Part shown: piece after piece, positions 12,555-25,063 of the stretch
Numbering within the stretch: position 1 is the first letter of the stretch
Layout of the letters: each line of letters starts with the position of its first letter
Assembly (NCBI RefSeq): GCF_018350175.1
Contig: NC_058383.1
Location: 38,626,001-38,690,000 of the forward strand
DNA: 64,000 nt
Direction of reading: 5' to 3'
Source: Felis catus
Lineage: Eukaryota
Program-made: the position numbers and the translations under genes
The notes under the pieces: model-generated
The model's input: only the letters and a program-made list of their open reading frames with translations
What the model was told of the DNA's origin: nothing
Databases searched by the model: none

Positions 12555-12762
12555 GGGGACGCCTGAGTGGCTCAGTCTGTTAGGCTCAGGTCATGATCTC
12601 ACGGTTGGTTGAGTTCCAGCCCAGCGTCCAGCTCTCTGCTGTCAGTGCAGAGCCCTCTTCGGATCCTCTGTCCCCCCTCCCCCTTTCTGCCCCTCCCCCG
12701 CTCGTGCTCTCTTTCTCTCTGTCTCAAAAATAAATAAACATTAAAAAAAATTTTTAATAAAA
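12555..12762 (+). mobile_element. Can-SINE
   Basis: SINE body flanked by TSD TAAAATGGCAGCTCT on both sides. Confidence 0.92.
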
Positions 12763-15700
12763 TAAAATGGCAGCTCTGGTCCCCTCAGAAAATACAGGGT
12801 GACAGACACCCCCAAGAAGAACAGGACAAGTCCTGATGAGGGGGGGTGAGTTCTTACCTGGAGGGGGAGTTAGACTCTCCTACTCGGTCCCAGGTTGGAC
12901 TCTGGATTAGCCGCTAAATCCTCATTTCTCTGGCCCCTCCCTCTCCCCACCCCACTCCCAAACTGGGAGGTTAAGGGTTAACTCTAAGAAGCCCCCTCAT
13001 TACCTGGATGGGACCAGAGCTGGGAACTTCCTGTTCAATTTTCCGGGAGCCCTTTCCCAGTCTGGCTGAGGCTGACTCTGGCCCTGGGGCCCTCAAAGAA
13101 CCCTTAGCAACCCCCCCCCTCTGGAGTGGGGACCCCGAGTGGTGAGTTGCAAGGAAGCCTGGGGTAAAGGCTGCCAGGACAGACCCAAGGGGTTCCTAGC
13201 AGGTTGGAGGGAAAAGAGGGACCTGGGCCTCAGCGAAGGGATGGGGGATTGGGAAACTGGAAAAGAAAAAAGTCTTGGAAGGATGTGGGTGGTCTATGCT
13301 GGGAGCCCAGTGCCAGCCAGCTCTGGGGCCATCGAGGAGGGTGGCGGGACTTCCTGTAACATGGGCTTGCTGTACCCACTGGGGAGGGGAAGGCAGGCAG
13401 GCTCCATGTGCCCCCAGGTGGACGGCCGGCCTCCTGGACTCAGCTCACCACCCGGAGGGGAGCCTGGCCAACAAAAAGTAGCCTGTGACTCTCCTGCCAG
13501 CTGTGTCCAGGGAGAAAGGGAAGGTCCCCGGCCAAGGATCCGGGGGCTCGGGGCTCTCCCGTTGTCTGGGTGGGTCCTGCGGCCGCACTGCCACCCCGGG
13601 CTGGTCCAGCCCTTGCCTCCCACCTCGCTGGGCTCCAGATTAAGCTGGTCGAGTATCGGAGGGTAGCTGCAGAGCTCTCACCCCCCACAGATGTGCATAT
13701 GAACAGAGCTTTTGTCCTGGAGACTGGGGGGTGGGAAGGAGAGGCTCTGCAGCCAAATTCCCTTAAATTCCTCCTCTTTCAAGCCTTACCACCTCACCTG
13801 AAGTTTCCGGGCACCCCTGCCTGTGTCTAGGCCTGAGGGCTAGAACTCAGAATCTCCTTATTTTTTTCTGAATCGCGCCGTGATATTCTGGCTAAGACGA
13901 GGCAAATCGCACCGGGAGGGAGGGGAACTGGGTCCTTTTCTGTTTCCGAGCTTTTGCACCCTGGTCAAGATCAGTGTCCTCACCTTAGAGAAAATCTTGG
14001 CTCCCCCTGCTGTGACCTTGAGCAAGGCACCCGTCGGCTCCCACTGTGGCCTCTGCGCTTGTCACATGGAGAAATTATAACCCACCCCGTGGGCTGGGGG
14101 TGGACGAAGCAAGCCTGAGTTGAGAGCCCCTCCAGGTCAGCACTCAGTACCTGCCAGCTATTATCACGAGGCTGCTGGTCACACGCGATCGCTTCTATCC
14201 TTTCGCTCCTGCTGCCCAAAGAGTGAGACAAAAGCCCATTCTCTTCAACACTTATCAGAGACTTTTTCTGCACCAGTGTCGAGGGCTTTCCTCAGTAAGT
14301 ACAGCTGCCAGGCGGCCATCCCCGTTGCGTTACTTCCACTAACACACACGGAAGCCGCTTCAAGCACGAGGCGAACGGTTGTGCTCGAGACGCAGCTCCT
14401 ACTCGCAGGCGGAGGGGAGAGAGACCCTCAGCCATGATCGTGGCCCAGCGTGACCACGGACGGGTAGATGCAGGTTGCTGGTGTGTCGGGGGGGGGTCCC
14501 TGAAGAGAGACGTCAAGGGGTGAGAGGCGCCCCGTGGGGTCGGGCGAAGGAGGGACGGGGAGGGGGGCTGGAGAGAGGCTGGAGCCACCATGGCTGCCCG
14601 GGGGCAGGTGGCCAGGATGTAACCCTGGGCCTTTGTTTCGGCATCCCCGGGCTCTCCCTCTCTGAGGTGGAAGCGCTGGGCCGGGTATAAAACCCGCTCT
14701 TCCTCTGTTCTGTCACACCGCGCCTCACTCCCCCCACCAGAACAGGAGGTCCCTTCCGCCCTCAGCCCTGCAACAAGGAGGCTCCTCCACAAACCGTCCA
14801 AAGCTCTTGACGAGGCTGACCTCCCCCCGGCCGCGTTGCCAAGGCGGGCCCGTGACGGGAATGACTGTTAGCTGCGCCCACTTGTGGCCTTGCCCAGCAG
14901 TGACGAGAACAGCAGTTGTGGCGTCCGAGCACCCACCGGGTGTGGTCTGTAGGTGGCGGGCACCTCTCTGCTGTCTCTGGGTGGTGGGGAGCGATGTCCC
15001 TCTGCCTGGGATGTCCCTGGCGTGGGGCTCGGGGAACAGGTTTGGGAGAAGCTCATCATCGGTAGCCCTGAGGCCAGAGAGCAGGGAGGGCAGGCGGATG
15101 TTGGAACTTGGGTTTTTGTGTCCGTAAAATAATTGCAGCCCAAATTAAGAGAGGAAAGTGCTTCAAAACTCTGGAGCCGAGGTGCTGGCCTGTGCCGAAC
15201 GACGTAAGCCTTCCGGGTTGTGCTGAAGGACCGAACTGAGTCCCCTGGGGGTGTGGCTGAACTTGAGGCATCTCCCTGTTCATAGATCTGGGTGACCCCA
15301 AAAGGAAAGAGTGGGCGGCCCTACAGAACCCTCTGGTCTGAGAGGAGAGATGGGCCCGTGGTCAGTCCTGTGGACCCAGTGCCCCCTGGTGGCCAGTTAG
15401 AGCCACTTTTTATCGCTATTTGGGGATGGATACCTTCCAGAAGGGTAGACCAAGGAAGAATCCAGAATTAAAAAAAAAAAAAAAAAATAGGAACGAAAGA
15501 AATGATTGCCTCTCCTGCCCATCACCCAGCTCCCAAGGGTGTATCCAGTAGAGGTCTCAGGTGGACAGGGCAGCTTTGATTGGCCTTGCAGACCTGTCTG
15601 TCACCGATCTCTGCAAGTTCTCTGCAGATCTCTGCAAGCCTTAGTCTCTCATCTGGAGACCCACGCCCCCATCTCACCTCTCTGGCTCATCCTGCCCTCA

Positions 15701-17119
15701 GTCTCTTGTGGAACCTGGGAGGGGAGGAGATTGGTACACCAAGTGGGTGCTCAGCCCTGCCCTGATCAGCTGGGTGGTCGTGGCCTTGACCGCTGAGAGC
15801 CACCTCCAGAGCCATAACGTGAGAGTCAAGATGTCTGGTCAAGGAGAAATCCCATGCATGAATTCCCCACTCCCCACCCAGCCCCCACCTTTTGTCTTTA
15901 AAACTGCCAAACTTCCGGAGACTTTGAGAGAGCAACGCAGTGGACGTCAACACATCCATCTCCCAGATTCAAGAGTTCTTTTACTTTCCCCATTTGCCTT
16001 TACTATCCCTAAGTATGGCTGAACCCTCGGGCCCCCTTCCTTCCAAACCCTTCAACATCTCCCCAAAATAGAGGCATTTCCCACAAACCACAAAACTGGA
16101 ATCCTTTCTCAGAAATTAATGGTCAGCTCCATTGCAATCTAGTGTCCCATCCATATTCCAATTTCCCCAGCTGACTCCAGAATATCTTTTAGAGGATCCC
16201 TACTTCCCCCTCCACCCATCCCCTCCCCTCTTTAAAAACATCGGGCTCCAGTCAAGGTTCCTTCATCCCGCCATGTGGCTGTTAGTTTCCTCTAGAGCCA
16301 TGCGCCCCCTACAGGTGCTTTTAAAAATAGTGCTGAAGGACAGGGGCCAGTTTGCCAGAAATATTCTGCATTTGTAATTCGTTCCATTGTTTCCTTGAGG
16401 GATCATTTCACTTGTTCTTTTTTTTTTTCTTTTAATTGAATAAATCTGACGTGTGACATTGTGTCAGTGAAAGGCGTACAGCCTGTTACTTCGATACGTT
16501 TGTATATTATAATACGACTGCTGAGGCAGTGGTATTTATCGAACTACATAATTACCCCGCAGTAGTATTGTCTATATCCATTCTACTGTGCATTAGATCT
16601 CTATGGGTTATTCACTATGAGTTACAAATTTGTCCCCTTAAACACCATCGCTCTCATCCACTGCGCCCCCACCCCCCCCCGCCTCCCACTCACTCTTATT
16701 TCTGCAGTGCAAAGTGGGGTCTAAAGGCCGGATCGCGTTGCGATGGAACGTTTCTGCCAAGAACCCCTCTTTGGCGGTGCCGTGTCCTCCCTGGGACCTC
16801 AGGAGGCGGGGAAACCAGGCGGTCCTGTCTCAGAGATGCCACTTTTGATCACTGGGGTGAAGTGACGTGAAATTCGAAATGCTGCAGGAAGGAGTGAAGA
16901 CACGGAACCGTCGGTTTTCTCTGCCTTTTCGCGTTTGGGGCTGTCCTGCCGTCCGAGCCGTTGCCTAGGACCAGCGAGAGAAACATGATTCCTCCGGAGG
17001 TCACATCTTTAGGCATTTCTTAACACCGCAGGTGTGGGAGCAGAGCGGGAGAGACCTGACAGTGGGACCAGCTGCAGCGAGCCGTGCCCCGCCGCACCCC
17101 CCCCCCCCCCGGCTGAAGG

Positions 17120-17515
17120 ATGCTCGAAGAACCCGTCCCGGCCGCCCGAGAGCCCGAGCAGCTCGGAGCAGTCAAACTGGAGGAAGAGGAGGCCGTCGGT
17201 CAGGAGGACCTCAGGCACACCGAGGCCAGGCCCCGGCCCGAGGTGGCTCNNNNNNNNNNNNNNNNNNNNNNNNNNNNNNNNNNNNNNNNNNNNNNNNNNN
17301 NNNNNNNNNNNNNNNNNNNNNNNNNNNNNNNNNNNNNNNNNNNNNNNNNNNNNNNNNNNNNNNNNNNNNNNNNNNNNNNNNNNNNNNNNNNNNNNNNNNN
17401 NNNNNNNNNNNNNCACCTGCTGGCCCGGCTCCAGGGCCAGCAGCTCAGGGACGGCGAGGAGGTTGTGCTGCTGCTGGAGGGTGTCCAGAGGGAGTCCAGC
17501 GCCGTGGGGCCACTG
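17120..17515 (+). CDS. ZSCAN10: ZSCAN10 coding exon 1 (SCAN domain)
   Basis: MLEEPVPAA...HLLARLQGQQLRDGEEVVLLLEG...GPL|gtaag; exon acceptor at 17031/17032; Ns at 17250-17413. Confidence 0.92.
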
Positions 17516-20500
17516 GTAAGGGGGACGGGGGGCGGCCGGGCGGCAAGACAGGGACTCGGGTGCCCCGTGAAGGAATCACCCGACACCATTTTCCTCCCTC
17601 TGACAATTGCTTCTTAACCTCCTAAGTCCTGTGACCCTCCCCTTTCCGTGGCCCCCTTTCCCTTGGGAGTGAGGAGGACGCGCATTGTCCCTCTGCCCTG
17701 TTCGCCACCTGACACAGACGCATTTTGCACAGGATTTTAGTTTTAATGCTGGCAAGAATTGTCCCCGTGCAGACGTCACTTCGGAGGACCAGGGGGGCTC
17801 TTCCCAGGTCTCCAGCCACAGCCCCAAAAAGGAAGTGCCCTCAGAAGGACCCCCCGCCCCGGAGCCAGCCGTGGAGCCCCCAGCATCCCAGCCAGGGCCC
17901 TCCAAGCCTGCTGAGCTGGGGACCTGGAGACATCCCCCAAGTTCAAAGCAGCCACTGAGCCCAGGCCCCAAGAGGACATTCCAAGCCCTGCAAGAGTGTG
18001 GTGAGCAGCTGGTGCCCGGGCAGGCGGGAGCCAGGAGGCCCGGTACGTGAGGACGGGGTGAGACGAAGGCACCCCCCTCTTTGACAGGGATGGGAGAGCG
18101 CCGAGATGTCTCTCCCAGGGCCCTGACCACGGGTGCGCCCCCCGCACGGCCGGGGGAGGGTAAGTCAGCCCCCTAACGGCTCTCTCTTTCTCCCCCCGAC
18201 GCTGCCAGCCCCCCAGGGCCCTGTCCTGTGGCTGGAGGAAGACTCCCGAGACCAGGAGCTTGCAGCTGTGCTGGTGAGCTGGCCCGGCCCCTCCGTCCAG
18301 ACCGTCCTCGGCCCCCGGACGCTCTCTGCCCCTGCTGCTGTGGCAAATCCGTGTCTTCCTTAGTTTAAACCCTCAGAGTCTTCCATCCCCCTCAGCTCAC
18401 AGCCCCACTCCTCTCTCACCAAGGGTCTGGCTCATCCTTTTGTTACAGGAGTCCCTGACCTTCGAGGATGTCCCAGCAAAGAAGGCGTGGCCTGTCCACC
18501 CTCTGGGTAAGCGGCCCTTCCTGCTGGGGACCACTGAAGGCTCTCTCCTTGTGTTTCCAGAGTGGTCTCCAAAGCTCCAGACCCTACCTGACTTTTTAGC
18601 CTCTTTGGCTAAAAATGGGCTACGTTAACACGAATTCCTTCCTTCCTTCCTTTCTTCCTTCCTCCATTCGTTTACTTATTTTATACTTTTTATTTTTTTT
18701 AATTTTTTTTTTCAACGTTTATTTTATTTTTTTGGGACAGAGAGAGACAGAGCATGAACGGGGGAGGGGCAGAGAGAGAGGGAGACACAGAATCGGAAGC
18801 AGGCTCCAGGCTCTGAGCCATCAGCCCAGAGCCCGACGCGGGGCTCGAACTCACGGACCGCGAGATCGTGAGATCGTGACCTGAGCTGAAGTCGGACTCT
18901 CAACCGACTGAGCCACCCAGGCGCCCCACTTATTTATTTTTGAGACAGAGAGAGAGCACGAACAGGGGAGGGTCAGAGAAAGAGAGGGAGACACAGAATC
19001 TGAAACAGGCTCCAGGCTCTGAGCTGTCAGCACAGAGCCCGATGTGGGGCTTGAACCCAGGGACCGCGAGATCATGACCTGAGCCGAAGTCGGACGTTCA
19101 ACCGACTGAGCCACCCAGGCGCCCCTAAAATTTTTTTTTAATGTTTATTTATTTTTGAGAGAGAGAGAGAGAGAGCGTGAATGCAGGAAGGGGCAGGAAG
19201 AGAGGGAGACACGGAATCCGAAGCAGGCTCCTGGCTCTGAGCTGGCAGCACAGAGCCGGACCCAGGGCTCAAACCCACGAATCGTGAGATCTTGCCCTGA
19301 GCCGAAGTCAGTCGCTCAACCGACTGAGCCACCCAGGCGCCCCTCCTTTACTTATTTTAGAGGCTTATTGTGTTTGATGTAATCATCAACCCCGTTAACT
19401 TTGAGCTTTTAAAACGGGTGGTCATGGGAGTGCTTGCTAAGGGGTTTGGGGTTTCCATCCAGGGGAAGGACAGAGTTCTGACACTAGATAGACAGTGGTG
19501 ACAGTTGTGCAACACTGGGAATGTACCTGATGGACCTGAACTGTGCACTTTAAAATGGTTACTACGGTAAATTCTATGTTTTTTACCGTCACCTTCTGCC
19601 CCCCCCCCCCCCCCCCGCCCCCTCCCGGATTTCGGGATCCTGGGTTTCTTTCTGCTTTGAGGCAATGAGGCCCTGGCAATTCTTGGGGGCCTCTAAGAAT
19701 AGGCCTGCCCACATACCCCCCCGCCCTTTTCCTGCTTCTCTCTCAGGACCCGGAAGCAGAACCCCAGATGAGGAGTTCAAAGAGGAGCCCAAGGCGGTCG
19801 CCTGGCCTGCGGCCCTCTCAACAGAGCCTCAGGCAGACGGTCCTGCGGCGGCGGAAGAGCCCCAGGTCCAGGTGCTGGGGCCTGGCCCCGAAGTGAGTGG
19901 CACCGGCGGAGGAGGGTCCCCTCCCAGCAGGAGTGACATTCTGGAGGTCAAAGTGGCCGACGGGCCTCCCAGGTCGGAGGCAGAGATGGAATTCATCTGC
20001 ACCGACTGCGGGGTGACTTTCCGACAGCTGGCCCGCCTGGAGGCGCACCAGCTGCGGAGTCACCCGGGCGCCCGGTCCTTTCCGTGCGAGCGCTGCGGGA
20101 AGAGCTTCGGCCGCAGTTCCATCCTCAAGCTGCACATGCGCACGCACACGGACGAGCGGCCACACGCCTGCCACCTGTGCGGCCACCGCTTCCGCCAGAG
20201 CTCCCACCTGAACAAGCACCTTCAGACGCACTCCTCCGAGCCCGCCTTCCTGTGTGCCGAGTGCGGCCAGGGCTTCCAGCGGCGCGCCAGCCTCATGCAG
20301 CACCTGCTGGCGCACGCCGAGGGCCAGCAGTCGCCGCGCGCCCCCGAGGCCAAGCCCGAAGCGCGCGAGCTGGCCGTTGTCCTGTGCTCTCACTGCGGCC
20401 AGACCTTCCAGCGCCGCTCCAGCCTCAAGCGCCACCTGCGGATCCACGCCAAGGACAAGGGCCACCAGTGCTCGGAGTGCTCGGGCAGCCTGCGCTCGGG

Positions 20501-21308
20501 CCCGGAGCGCAGGCCGTACGTGTGCAACGACTGTGGCAAGGCGTTCCGGCGCAGCGAGCACNNNNNNNNNNNNNNNNNNNNNNNNNNNNNNNNNNNNNNN
20601 NNNNNNNNNNNNNNNNNNNNNNNNNNNNNNNNNNNNNNNNNNNNNNNNNNNNNNNNNNNNNNNNNNNNNNNNNNNNNNNNNNNNNNNNNNNNNNNNNNNN
20701 NNNNGAAGCGCTTCGTGCGGCGGGCGGGGCTCGCCCGCCACCTCCTGACGCACGGCGGCCCGAGGCCCCACCACTGCACCCAGTGCGGCAAGACCTTCAG
20801 CCAGACGCAGGACCTCGCCCGCCACCGGCGCAGCCACACGGGCGAGAAGCCGTGCCGCTGCAGCGAGTGCGGCGAGGGCTTCAGCCAGAGCGCCCACCTG
20901 GCGCGCCACCAGCGCATCCACACCGGGGAGAAGCCCCACGCCTGCGACACCTGCGGCTACCGCTTCCGCAACAGCTCCAACCTGGCCCGCCACCGCCGCA
21001 GCCACACCGGCGAGCGGCCCTACGGCTGCCAAACCTGCGGCCGGAGCTTCCGGCGCAACGCCCACCTGCAGCGGCACCTGGCCACCCACGCGGGCGCGGG
21101 GACCGAGGCGGCGTCCAGGCCGGCCGAGCCCCCGCAGGAGTGCCGGGAGTGCGGCAAGAGCTTCAGCCGCAGCTGTAATCTGCTGCGCCACATGCTGGTG
21201 CACACCGGGGCCAGGCCCTTCTCGTGCGCGCAGTGCGGCCGCAGCTTCAGCCGCAACTCGCACCTGCTGCGCCACCTGCGAACCCACGCCCGCGAGACCC
21301 TGTACTAG
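17120..21308 (+). CDS. ZSCAN10: Zinc finger and SCAN domain-containing protein 10 (ZNF206), whole-gene CDS span, ~782 aa
   Basis: join(17120..17515,17733..18000,18209..18273,18449..18506,19747..21308); all introns GT-AG with consistent phases; SCAN domain partly inside an N gap; C2H2 array; C-terminus HLRTHARETLY* matches recalled ZSCAN10. Confidence 0.95.
17733..18000 (+). CDS. ZSCAN10: ZSCAN10 coding exon 2
   Basis: cacag|DFSFNAGKNCPRADVT...TFQALQEC G|gtgag. Confidence 0.92.
18209..18273 (+). CDS. ZSCAN10: ZSCAN10 coding exon 3
   Basis: gccag|..PQGPVLWLEEDSRDQELAAVL|gtgag. Confidence 0.9.
18449..18506 (+). CDS. ZSCAN10: ZSCAN10 coding exon 4
   Basis: tacag|ESLTFEDVPAKKAWPVHPL G|gtaag. 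Confidence 0.92.
18694..19343 (-). mobile_element. Three head-to-tail Can-SINEs in the last ZSCAN10 intron
   Basis: Reverse-complement copies ending CAGGCGCCCC at ~18927, ~19125 and ~19343. Confidence 0.93.
19747..21308 (+). CDS. ZSCAN10: ZSCAN10 last coding exon (C2H2 zinc-finger array)
   Basis: tctcag|GA CCC GGA...; multiple CxxC...HxxxH fingers with TGEKP/TGERP linkers; TAG ends at 21308; Ns at 20562-20704. Confidence 0.96.
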
Positions 21309-21889
21309 CCTCGCGCAGGTTCCGCCGGGCCCCGCCCCGCACGCGCGCGCGCGCGCCTCTGCGTCCCCCGTGTCCTGGGCAACCGAGGCCTGCGGTGGGC
21401 GTCCCTGGCCCCGCCCCGCCCCGCCCCGCCCCGCCCCGGCCTCCCTCTGGCTCCGCCCGACCTGTGTGTTAGTTTTCCCCTACCCCGGAGGCAGGTCTCC
21501 CTGGCTTCAGGGTTGTATTTCAAAATCCTAAAGTAAAACAGCTTTCCTGAAAATGACTCTGCTTTATTTTTTTTGTGAGGTCCACCAAAACGCTGTTACC
21601 CTCCTACTGTGACAGTGACGCCTTTTTCCCTTCCCTTCCCCAGCACCTTCCATAGCAGGCTGGGGGGAGCAGGCCCAAGGACGGGCCTCCTCCCCCACCC
21701 GCAACACACACACCCCGAAAGGGCCAGGGTTGGGGGGGCGACAGACGGGTGCCATCTGTCCCAATCAGCTGTGAGGAAGGCCCGGGAATCTCACCCGGAA
21801 TTCTTCCTTCTCTGGAGTCGGCCCCTAACCTGTGCTGTCCAGTCCAGTACCCTCTAGCTGTATGTGGCCGTTTAAATTAATTAAAATGG

Positions 21890-22075
21890 TGGGACGCGTG
21901 GGTGGCTCAGTCATTTGGGCGTCGGGCTTCAGCTCAGGTCATGATTTACGGGTTGGTGAATCCAGCCCTGCGTCACGCTCTGCGCTGACAGCCCAAAGCC
22001 TGCCTGGGATTCTCCTCTCTCTGTCCCTCCCCTGAATTCTGTCTCTCAAAATAAATAAATAAAAACCTGAAAAAA
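21890..22075 (+). mobile_element. Can-SINE
   Basis: GGGACGCGTGGGTGGCTCAGTC head, AATAAA tail. Confidence 0.85.
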
Positions 22076-23699
22076 ATAATTACTTTAATAATGGAATATA
22101 ATTTAAAATCCCAGATTCTGGGTCATTCCAGGAAACCTTGCTTTTGGCATGTAGGTAACTGATTCAAATCGAAGCTGCCAGCAGATGAAACGAAACCTGC
22201 CTGGTGGCCAAGACAGGTTGCGGGCTGGGGACCCCTAACGACCCATAATCCTGTAAACCCGAAGGTGGTTTGGGAGAGTGCCCACCTTCTCCGACCTCTC
22301 AGGCAATCTTGGCAATCCGGTGGACAGATTTCGTTTTCTCCCAGTCTAGTGGACAGATTTTTAAAATCATGTGACTTTTGGTAATACCGCAAAAAAGAAA
22401 ACAACCCACCCCAGCTGTAGGGCGTGTGCACACACACTTCCTGCTCTAGTCCGTGGCTTGTCACCTACAACCTTTCGGGTTGTCTTTGTCCCTCCACCAG
22501 CCTGACACACGACTGCTCTTTAGCAAATGCTTGTGGACATACAGTGCGCTTGTCAGCCAGCGGCCAAGGGACTTGGGAAAGATCTGTCCCCAGATCTAGA
22601 GGAGGTCCGTGTTTTGGGGGGTTGGGAGGAAGATGAGGTGGGGTACAGAGAGTCACCAGATGTCCCAGAACAAATTAGAGCCTTGGAAGATGCCCCGAGG
22701 AGAACTTTTCAAGAAGGAAGCTTTCTTGATCAACTAAATGAGTAAGGAAGTTGGGAGAACCCATAGCATTTGAAGGCTTTATTTCTTGAGCACCTACTAT
22801 GTACCAGGGAACGTGCTGGGCTATTGAGGAGAACAAAGCCTGAAATAGAAGAGGGAGACCACCTCAGAAGAACCGGGGGGAAGGCACCGTCATCGGAGGG
22901 AACAGCAGGTGCAAAGTCCTTGAGCAGAGAATACTGTCCCTGAGGGAGATCTGTAGGAACCTGATGACACAGACACAGTCTCAGAGGCCCAGGTCAGAGT
23001 GTATTTACGATGGGAAGATGGGAGGGTGTTAATCAGGCAATTACTTCATTTTGCCATGACATTGATTTGGCCTCGGCCCTGGAAAGATTTGGCTTGAAAG
23101 AGGCAAGACCAAGGCGACCAACTAGGTTTGGGATGACGGTGACCTTGATGGGGCCGTGGGGTCATGAAAGCCCCTGACGTCTTCAACACGGTAGGCAGGT
23201 TTTCTCAACTTCTCACCGGAGTCAAGCGCAAAGGCACAAGGAGAAGTAAGAGACAGTCTGACCACAGGGTCACGTGAAAATGCGGGTCAGGGGTCTAAAA
23301 GAAACTGAATGTTGACTGGCCATGGGAGGAGAGGACACGACGTCCAGGGGGAAGCGAGAGCTAGATCAGGCCCTGGCGGGGGACGGCCCCTTGGAGCTGG
23401 AGACTCAGGCCTGAGATGGGCCTCCCAGTGTAAAAGGCTCTCAGAGGGATCCCCTGGGAATGAAACAGACTGTGGGCCAGCACAGGGCTCCCCAAAGTCC
23501 GCTCCCTCTCCGGGCAGGGGCAATGAGCAAGCAGGACCCCTCAGGATGACCAGGGCCACCATCAGGGTCTGGCTTAGCCCTTGCCCACTCCTCGTGGACT
23601 CACAGCTGTTCCCCAGGGAGGTGATTTTTCTAAGAATTAAGAGTTCATTCGTATGACCCGAAAGGGTCTTTAAGAAACTGGCAGATGGGGGGGGGGGGG

Positions 23700-23905
23700 G
23701 TTGTGTGGCTCAGTCAGCTGGGCAACCGACTTCGGCTCAGGTCATGCTGTCCCAGTTCATAGGATGGAACCCTGAGTCCAATGTCGGGCTCGGTGCTGAT
23801 GGCTCGGAGCCTGGCGCCTGCTGCGCATTCTGTGTCTCCCTCTCTCTGCCCCTCCCCTGCGCGCGCGCGCACTCTCTCTCTCTCTCTAAATAAACATTAA
23901 ACAAA
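23700..23905 (+). mobile_element. Can-SINE
   Basis: GTGGCTCAGTC...GCTCAGGTCATG head, CT tract, AATAAA tail. Confidence 0.85.
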
Positions 23906-24760
23906 GAAAAAAGAAAAAACAAAGAAAACGCCACAGGAGTGAGTGATAGAAATGCCCCCAGCTGTGAGGCCTCCCGGCCCCCAGTCACCTCCCCACATCC
24001 CTCTCACCCCTAGGCACACCTCTCTGGTCTGGAGCCTCTCCTTTGCTGGCGTGTTTTCCCCCACCCTCACCCCACCCCACCCCACCTGTCCCCTTTCCTG
24101 CTCTGTCCTCAGGTCAGGGCCCCGGAAACCGCCCCCCCCAGCTCTATCTCAGCAGCTGCCGGTTACGGCTAGACACCCCAATGCAAAAATCTGTGTGCAG
24201 CTGCAGGAAGCAGGAAGTCAGTGGGGGAGGGGGGAGCTTCAGGGAAGCGGCCTCAAAAATGGTGAGCTGGGCCGACCCCCTCCCTGCCCTGGCCTTGCTC
24301 CTGGCTCCCCTCCCCCCACCCCCTCCCCAGTTTCTGCATTTGCAGGCCCCCAGGAGGCCTGAGCCCGAGATCTGAGTCCTGTCCCGCCCTAGGCTGCCCT
24401 TCTCTCTGGTCCAGGTAGGGGTGAACCCTCCTCCCCCTCCCTACTCCTCCCTCCCCCGCCTCTGCCCCAACCTCAAAGCCAAGGAGTTTCCATGGCCTGG
24501 TGAAGGATGAAGACCCAGGTCAGAAGAGCAAGCCAAAGGGCAAATGTGCCTCAGGCCTGAGCTCGCTGCTGCCCCAGCGTCAGGCAACGCGCAGGCCGGA
24601 AAACTTCCAGCCCTTTCCACAGGCCAGTTGTCACCCGTGTCCATGTACAGATTATAGAGGTCAGGTGGAACCCCCCCCTCCCTGGGGTCCTGCCCCCTCC
24701 CCAGCCACTGGGGGCTCCTGCCTCCCGTCCAACAGGCACTCAGTTTAATTCAACCAACTT

Positions 24761-24984
24761 TTGTTTTTTTTTCAACGTTTATTTATTTTTTGAGAGACAG
24801 AGACAGAGCAGGAGCTGGGGAGGGGACAGAGAGAGGCGGGGAGTCACAGATTCCGAAGCAGGCTCCAGGCTCCGAGCTGTCAGCACAGAGCCCGACGCGG
24901 GGCTCGGGGCTCATGCCCATGAACCGTGAGATCCTGACCTGAGCGGAAGGCGGACGCTCAACCGACTGAGCCCCCCGGGCGCCC
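24761..24984 (-). mobile_element. Can-SINE in the IL32 3' UTR (sense to IL32)
   Basis: Reverse-complement SINE starting 80 bp past the IL32 stop codon. Confidence 0.92.
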
Positions 24985-25063
24985 GCAGCCAACCCTTATT
25001 AGGACGCCACAGCCAGCGCGACGGGCCGGACCCGGACAAGGAAAGCGGCCGGGGAGGGCTGGG

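Noticed and set aside
11887-17031. Sox-Oct composite element reported for the ZSCAN10/Zfp206 first intron
   Set aside because: Searched by eye; only partial matches (e.g. near 13690 and 15890), none good enough to call
19818-21287. 489-aa antisense ORF and 364-aa alternative-frame ORF over the ZSCAN10 zinc-finger exon
   Set aside because: Typical shadow ORFs of GC3-rich C2H2 coding sequence; low-complexity translation, partly open only because of Ns
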